NCBI GenBank assembly: GCA_016748015.1
Contig: JAAOMT010000305.1
Coordinates: 99,206 to 113,198, forward strand
Direction: 5' to 3'
Origin: Geosiphon pyriformis uo1
Taxonomy: Eukaryota > Fungi > Glomeromycota
Length of the DNA: 13,993 bases
Part shown: positions 10,783-13,993 of the stretch, one piece after another
How positions within the stretch are numbered: the first letter of the stretch is position 1
Layout of the letters: every line of letters begins with the position of its first letter
Position numbers and translations under genes: made by a program
Notes under the pieces: generated by a model
Database searches by the model: none
What the model was told of the DNA's origin: nothing
Seen by the model: only the letters and a program-made list of their open reading frames with translations

Positions 10783-11255
10783 TTGGTAATTGCTGGCGTC
10801 AATAGCTTATTGATAAAATTCTTTGAGATTTTTCTATATGCATAATCTGGTTCTAAGATTGCAGATCTTCTTTTTTAGACCTAAATGATTGGTAATAACT
10901 CCAATAATAGGTTTAACATAATTTCTTCTTTCTCATTTATCTTTGAATTTCAGTGAGTAAATAAAACTAATTTAAGTATTAATAATTAATGCAAAAATTT
11001 TAAGTCTTGACATTTAGCCTAAAACTTTATTTATTTATTTATATTGCTTAATCAGATGAAGATCTTTCAGAATAGAAATTCAAACTTAAATGACTGCAAA
11101 AATCCAAAAAGGTGAACTATGCATATTGCTATTTTTTGTTTAAATGAAAACTTAAAATTGAATTATATTTTGATTGGTGATTGCTGGTTTCAATAGCTCA
11201 TTGATAAATTTTTTTGATTTTTCTAAATGTATAATTTAGTTTCAAGATTGCATAT
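10783..11255. repeat. Diverged ~83-bp direct repeat pair (10783-10866 and 11174-11255)
   Basis: Hand alignment of TTGGT(A/G)ATTGCTGG..TCAATAGCT.ATTGATAAA...AAGATTGCA.AT gives 13 mismatches (9 transitions) and one 2-nt gap, about 82% identity. Confidence 0.85.
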
Positions 11256-12215
11256 GGTCTCCTTATTTATTTTTATATCTCATGCAGATTAATTTTGGAA
11301 CAGCAAAAGAAATATCTCAATCTTGCATAGATTTAGTTTTAGCTGGCAATAAATAATTTATTCCTATAATCAAGTATTAAGAGGATTAAAGATTTTGAAT
11401 TGAAAGTGTTGTGATTACCTTAAATGAGACATAAAATTATGATAAAACTCTGTGTTAGGTGTTTATAAACTATTCTCTAATTGGGCTTTTACATTTGTGT
11501 AATTTATTAAGATTTGCTTGTATATTATTATAGATTTAATTTTATTTTGTAAGAGAGTTTAAATATTTTTTTACAAGAAAATGGTTTGATTAGTATACGC
11601 TAAACCATATTGGTCAGATTATGTCAACATGATAAAATGGGATCACGGGTTTGAGAAAAATTCCCATGGAAAAAACTATTTCTAATGTTATGATTTTCAC
11701 ATATCAAAAGATATGATTTGGAAATTAAGTTTCTCAATGGTAAACAAATTTGAATCGAATGCAAAAGATTTATTAATGTGTGTTTTCTTAATTGCTGATA
11801 ATTTAAACAAAAATTCTTTATAGTTTTTAAATTTTAATGAAATCAACATAAATAAATTTGAAATATTTTTCATATTGTAAATTTCTTCAATGAAGCAATT
11901 TCATATTAAAATTATTTTATACAGAATATCAATCAATGAAAGAATTCTAAAAACTTCAAGAAATCAGATTTCTTATAACAAAAAATGCCAAAGAATCACA
12001 AAGAATTTGATTGATTTACATGTAAATTATTAATGAAATTCTTTTCTTTGAAAATATGATCCTGCATATAAGTATTAAAATTTCAAATCTCTCTTGGAAT
12101 AAATATAAAAAGAGCTGAATTGATTTCCCATTTTTTTAATTAAAATTATCAAAATAAAACGAAATTCTAGGTCAAAAAGACGAAATATACATTCGACAAT
12201 ACTGTTTATATATAA

Positions 12216-12772
12216 ATGAAGAACGGTTTTGTTCTAATTTTTATTGTTAATTTTAGTGTTTACATACAGATTTTCAATGTTATTTCATTTTCTTAATCAA
12301 GATAATCCACTGTTTCATTCACATGTATAAAATAAATGTTTGAAGACCACATTTTTCAATAAACTTGATGAAATATAATTTTTATCAAAAAATGATTTTA
12401 AATCATAATTACATTTGTTCGTCTAAAAAAATTATAGGAAAAAAAATTATTCAAACACTTTTTTTGTTTTACATTTTATTTAATTTTTTGACATTTTTCA
12501 AAGATTATTATACTAAATTTTTAAGAAAAACCACTCCCATCTCATAAAATTTAAATTCAATAGAATACAAACTGTTACCCAAATTAAAATTTAATTTTAC
12601 TCATCAAGAAGAAATATATCAAGACGATCATGAAAAGAAATTACTCTTTTCAAGAGCTAAGAATGGATTTAATTTTAATGAAAATATTACCCCACCCAAG
12701 ACGTTATTAAAAGATAAAGGCTTCATTTTAAAAGCAAAAGAATATGATTCTGATAAAATTAGTTGCAAATAA
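12216..12772 (+). pseudogene. Possible small secreted protein remnant, family unknown
   Basis: ATG 12216 begins MKNGFVLIFIVNFSVYIQIFNVISF (signal-peptide-like). A shifted frame follows with four TAA stops, then a putative degenerate intron ending at tttttcaaag (12503). After that, YYTKFLRKTTPIS* and a 74-codon open stretch 12548-12769 (NLNSIEYKLLPKLKFNFTHQEEIYQDDHEKKLLFSRAKNG...KEYDSDKISCK*). Confidence 0.35.
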
Positions 12773-13651
12773 TTACATATTATTTTTCATTGATTTAATT
12801 GATTGTTAATTTCTGGTTTTGAATAGTAAAAATTAATAGGAATTATAAAGTTTTTGGTAAGATTAAAAAATTTGGGTAAAAACTAATAACAATTTATTAT
12901 AAAACTTTTTCATCAAATGCTCTTTGCATTGTTTTTATTGAAGCATACTTTTAGTCCCGGGAATTTGTATAAAAAATCGGTGGAATTAATTAAATTCGGA
13001 CCTATAAATATTATTAAGTGAATTTTTTTATTAAGTTTAATAATTATTGATTATACAATTAATAAAAATAATATAATGACTTTTTTACTTATAACCTTTT
13101 AAAAAAAAATCCATTTTTTATTAATTATTTATATATAAAAATTGAAAAAATACTTATAATATATTTTATAATTGATTTTTTTCATCTTTAAAAAATATTG
13201 ACATATATATAATAAATTTGTTTTCAAATTTATAATTTGAGAATATAAAACATTAATTGGTGTTATAATTTGTAAAATATATTATATTTTAATAATTTTA
13301 ATATGCTATTGTTTTTAAAATCTGTAATAAAATTATAATAGATTAATTTATAACTTTTAATTAGCAAAAATATAAGCAATTAAATAATCAGTTTATATTT
13401 TTATTAAGACTTGATAATCCATAAATTTTAGTATAATTTTTACCGAAAATTTTTCACAACAGTAGCAATACTTATTTGTTTTTTATTATAACATTTGTTT
13501 TATGTTATTATAAATACATTTTATTATATTTGTTATTAAGTAATTTTTACATTTTTTAAATAATATGATTAATTTTTAAAATATTAACTGGTAGTTATTT
13601 TTTTATTATTCATTGTTTTTAACTGAGTGATTAAAAATATATTTTGTTTAG

Positions 13652-13993
13652 ATTTAAAGAGAACTTAAAATGTCTTATGCAATTCAGCAAACTTTTTTCT
13701 TGGGATTTTTTTTGGACAACCACAATTGCAACCTATTTCCAAAAAATGAATTGCTTTTTCGTATTCGGTAAAACCGTTGTAATTATTATTATTCATATAC
13801 AGGTAATTTTATATATTAATTTTTATCATCTTGTAATTTTTTCACATCATATTTGACAAATTAAATGAGTTTTATTGATTTTATTATTGCACAATCTAAT
13901 GACAGTTTTTTGGCAGTGAGAAATTAGATCAGACCAATGACGACTATTGCTCCATTCTTATTGCACTGTCTATGCCCTTTTGCGTTTTTCTTT
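13652..13993 (+). pseudogene. Possible cAMP-receptor-like/Git3-type 7TM protein remnant (TM3-TM4-ECL2), running off the window
   Basis: After acceptor ttttgtttag (13651), KCLMQ / AIQQTFFLG / FFWTTTIATY occur in alternating frames, resembling the C..Q...Q.F...S..WT..IA TM3 pattern. Then VVIIIIHIQ, a clean phase-0 intron 13803-13905 (GTAATT...CTAAT..GACAG), and FFGSEKLDQTNDDYCSILIALSMPFCVFL. Confidence 0.45.

Noticed and set aside
11581-12060. Small hairpins (ATGGTTT...AAACCAT, TTCCCATGGAA) and short open stretches
   Set aside because: Stems of 7 bp or less are expected by chance at this AT content, and no identifiable protein or RNA motif is present.
12365-12547. 60-aa ORF as a gene
   Set aside because: Low-complexity AT-rich translation that mostly crosses intron-like sequence. 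Only its last codons fit the putative exon.
7892-12772. Alternative genetic code (TAA/TAG = Gln) that would rescue the interrupted frames
   Set aside because: Many TAA/TAG stops do sit at Gln positions, but TGA stops also occur, TAA and TAG replace conserved Trp (9799, 7925), catalytic kinase residues and Sel1 glycines are destroyed, and the kinase has frameshifts. Mutation explains all of these.

Overview
Very AT-rich eukaryotic genomic DNA with short GT-AG introns, microsatellites and a 908-N scaffold gap (6981-7888). I find no intact gene, no RNA gene, no CRISPR array and no transposase. Manual translation through stops and frameshifts shows a cluster of decayed gene fragments: two tyrosine-kinase-like (TKL) kinase remnants, a Sel1-repeat pseudogene (five KAA motifs at an exact 108-bp period plus a Cys-rich tail), a BTB/BACK-TLDc-type remnant joined abruptly to a kinase half, an intron-containing 5' fragment resembling spliceosomal Prp4 (PRPF4), a possible secreted-protein remnant and a possible cAMP-receptor-like 7TM remnant. 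These family expansions point to a Glomeromycotina fungus (arbuscular mycorrhizal or Geosiphon-like); this is an inference and was not verified. The most notable signal is a ~3.4-kb almost CpG-free block in which the Sel1 gene keeps its frame without indels but is saturated with C:G to T:A transitions on both strands, many outside CpG. That suggests RIP-like or methylation-driven hypermutation. None of this proves a new biological system.
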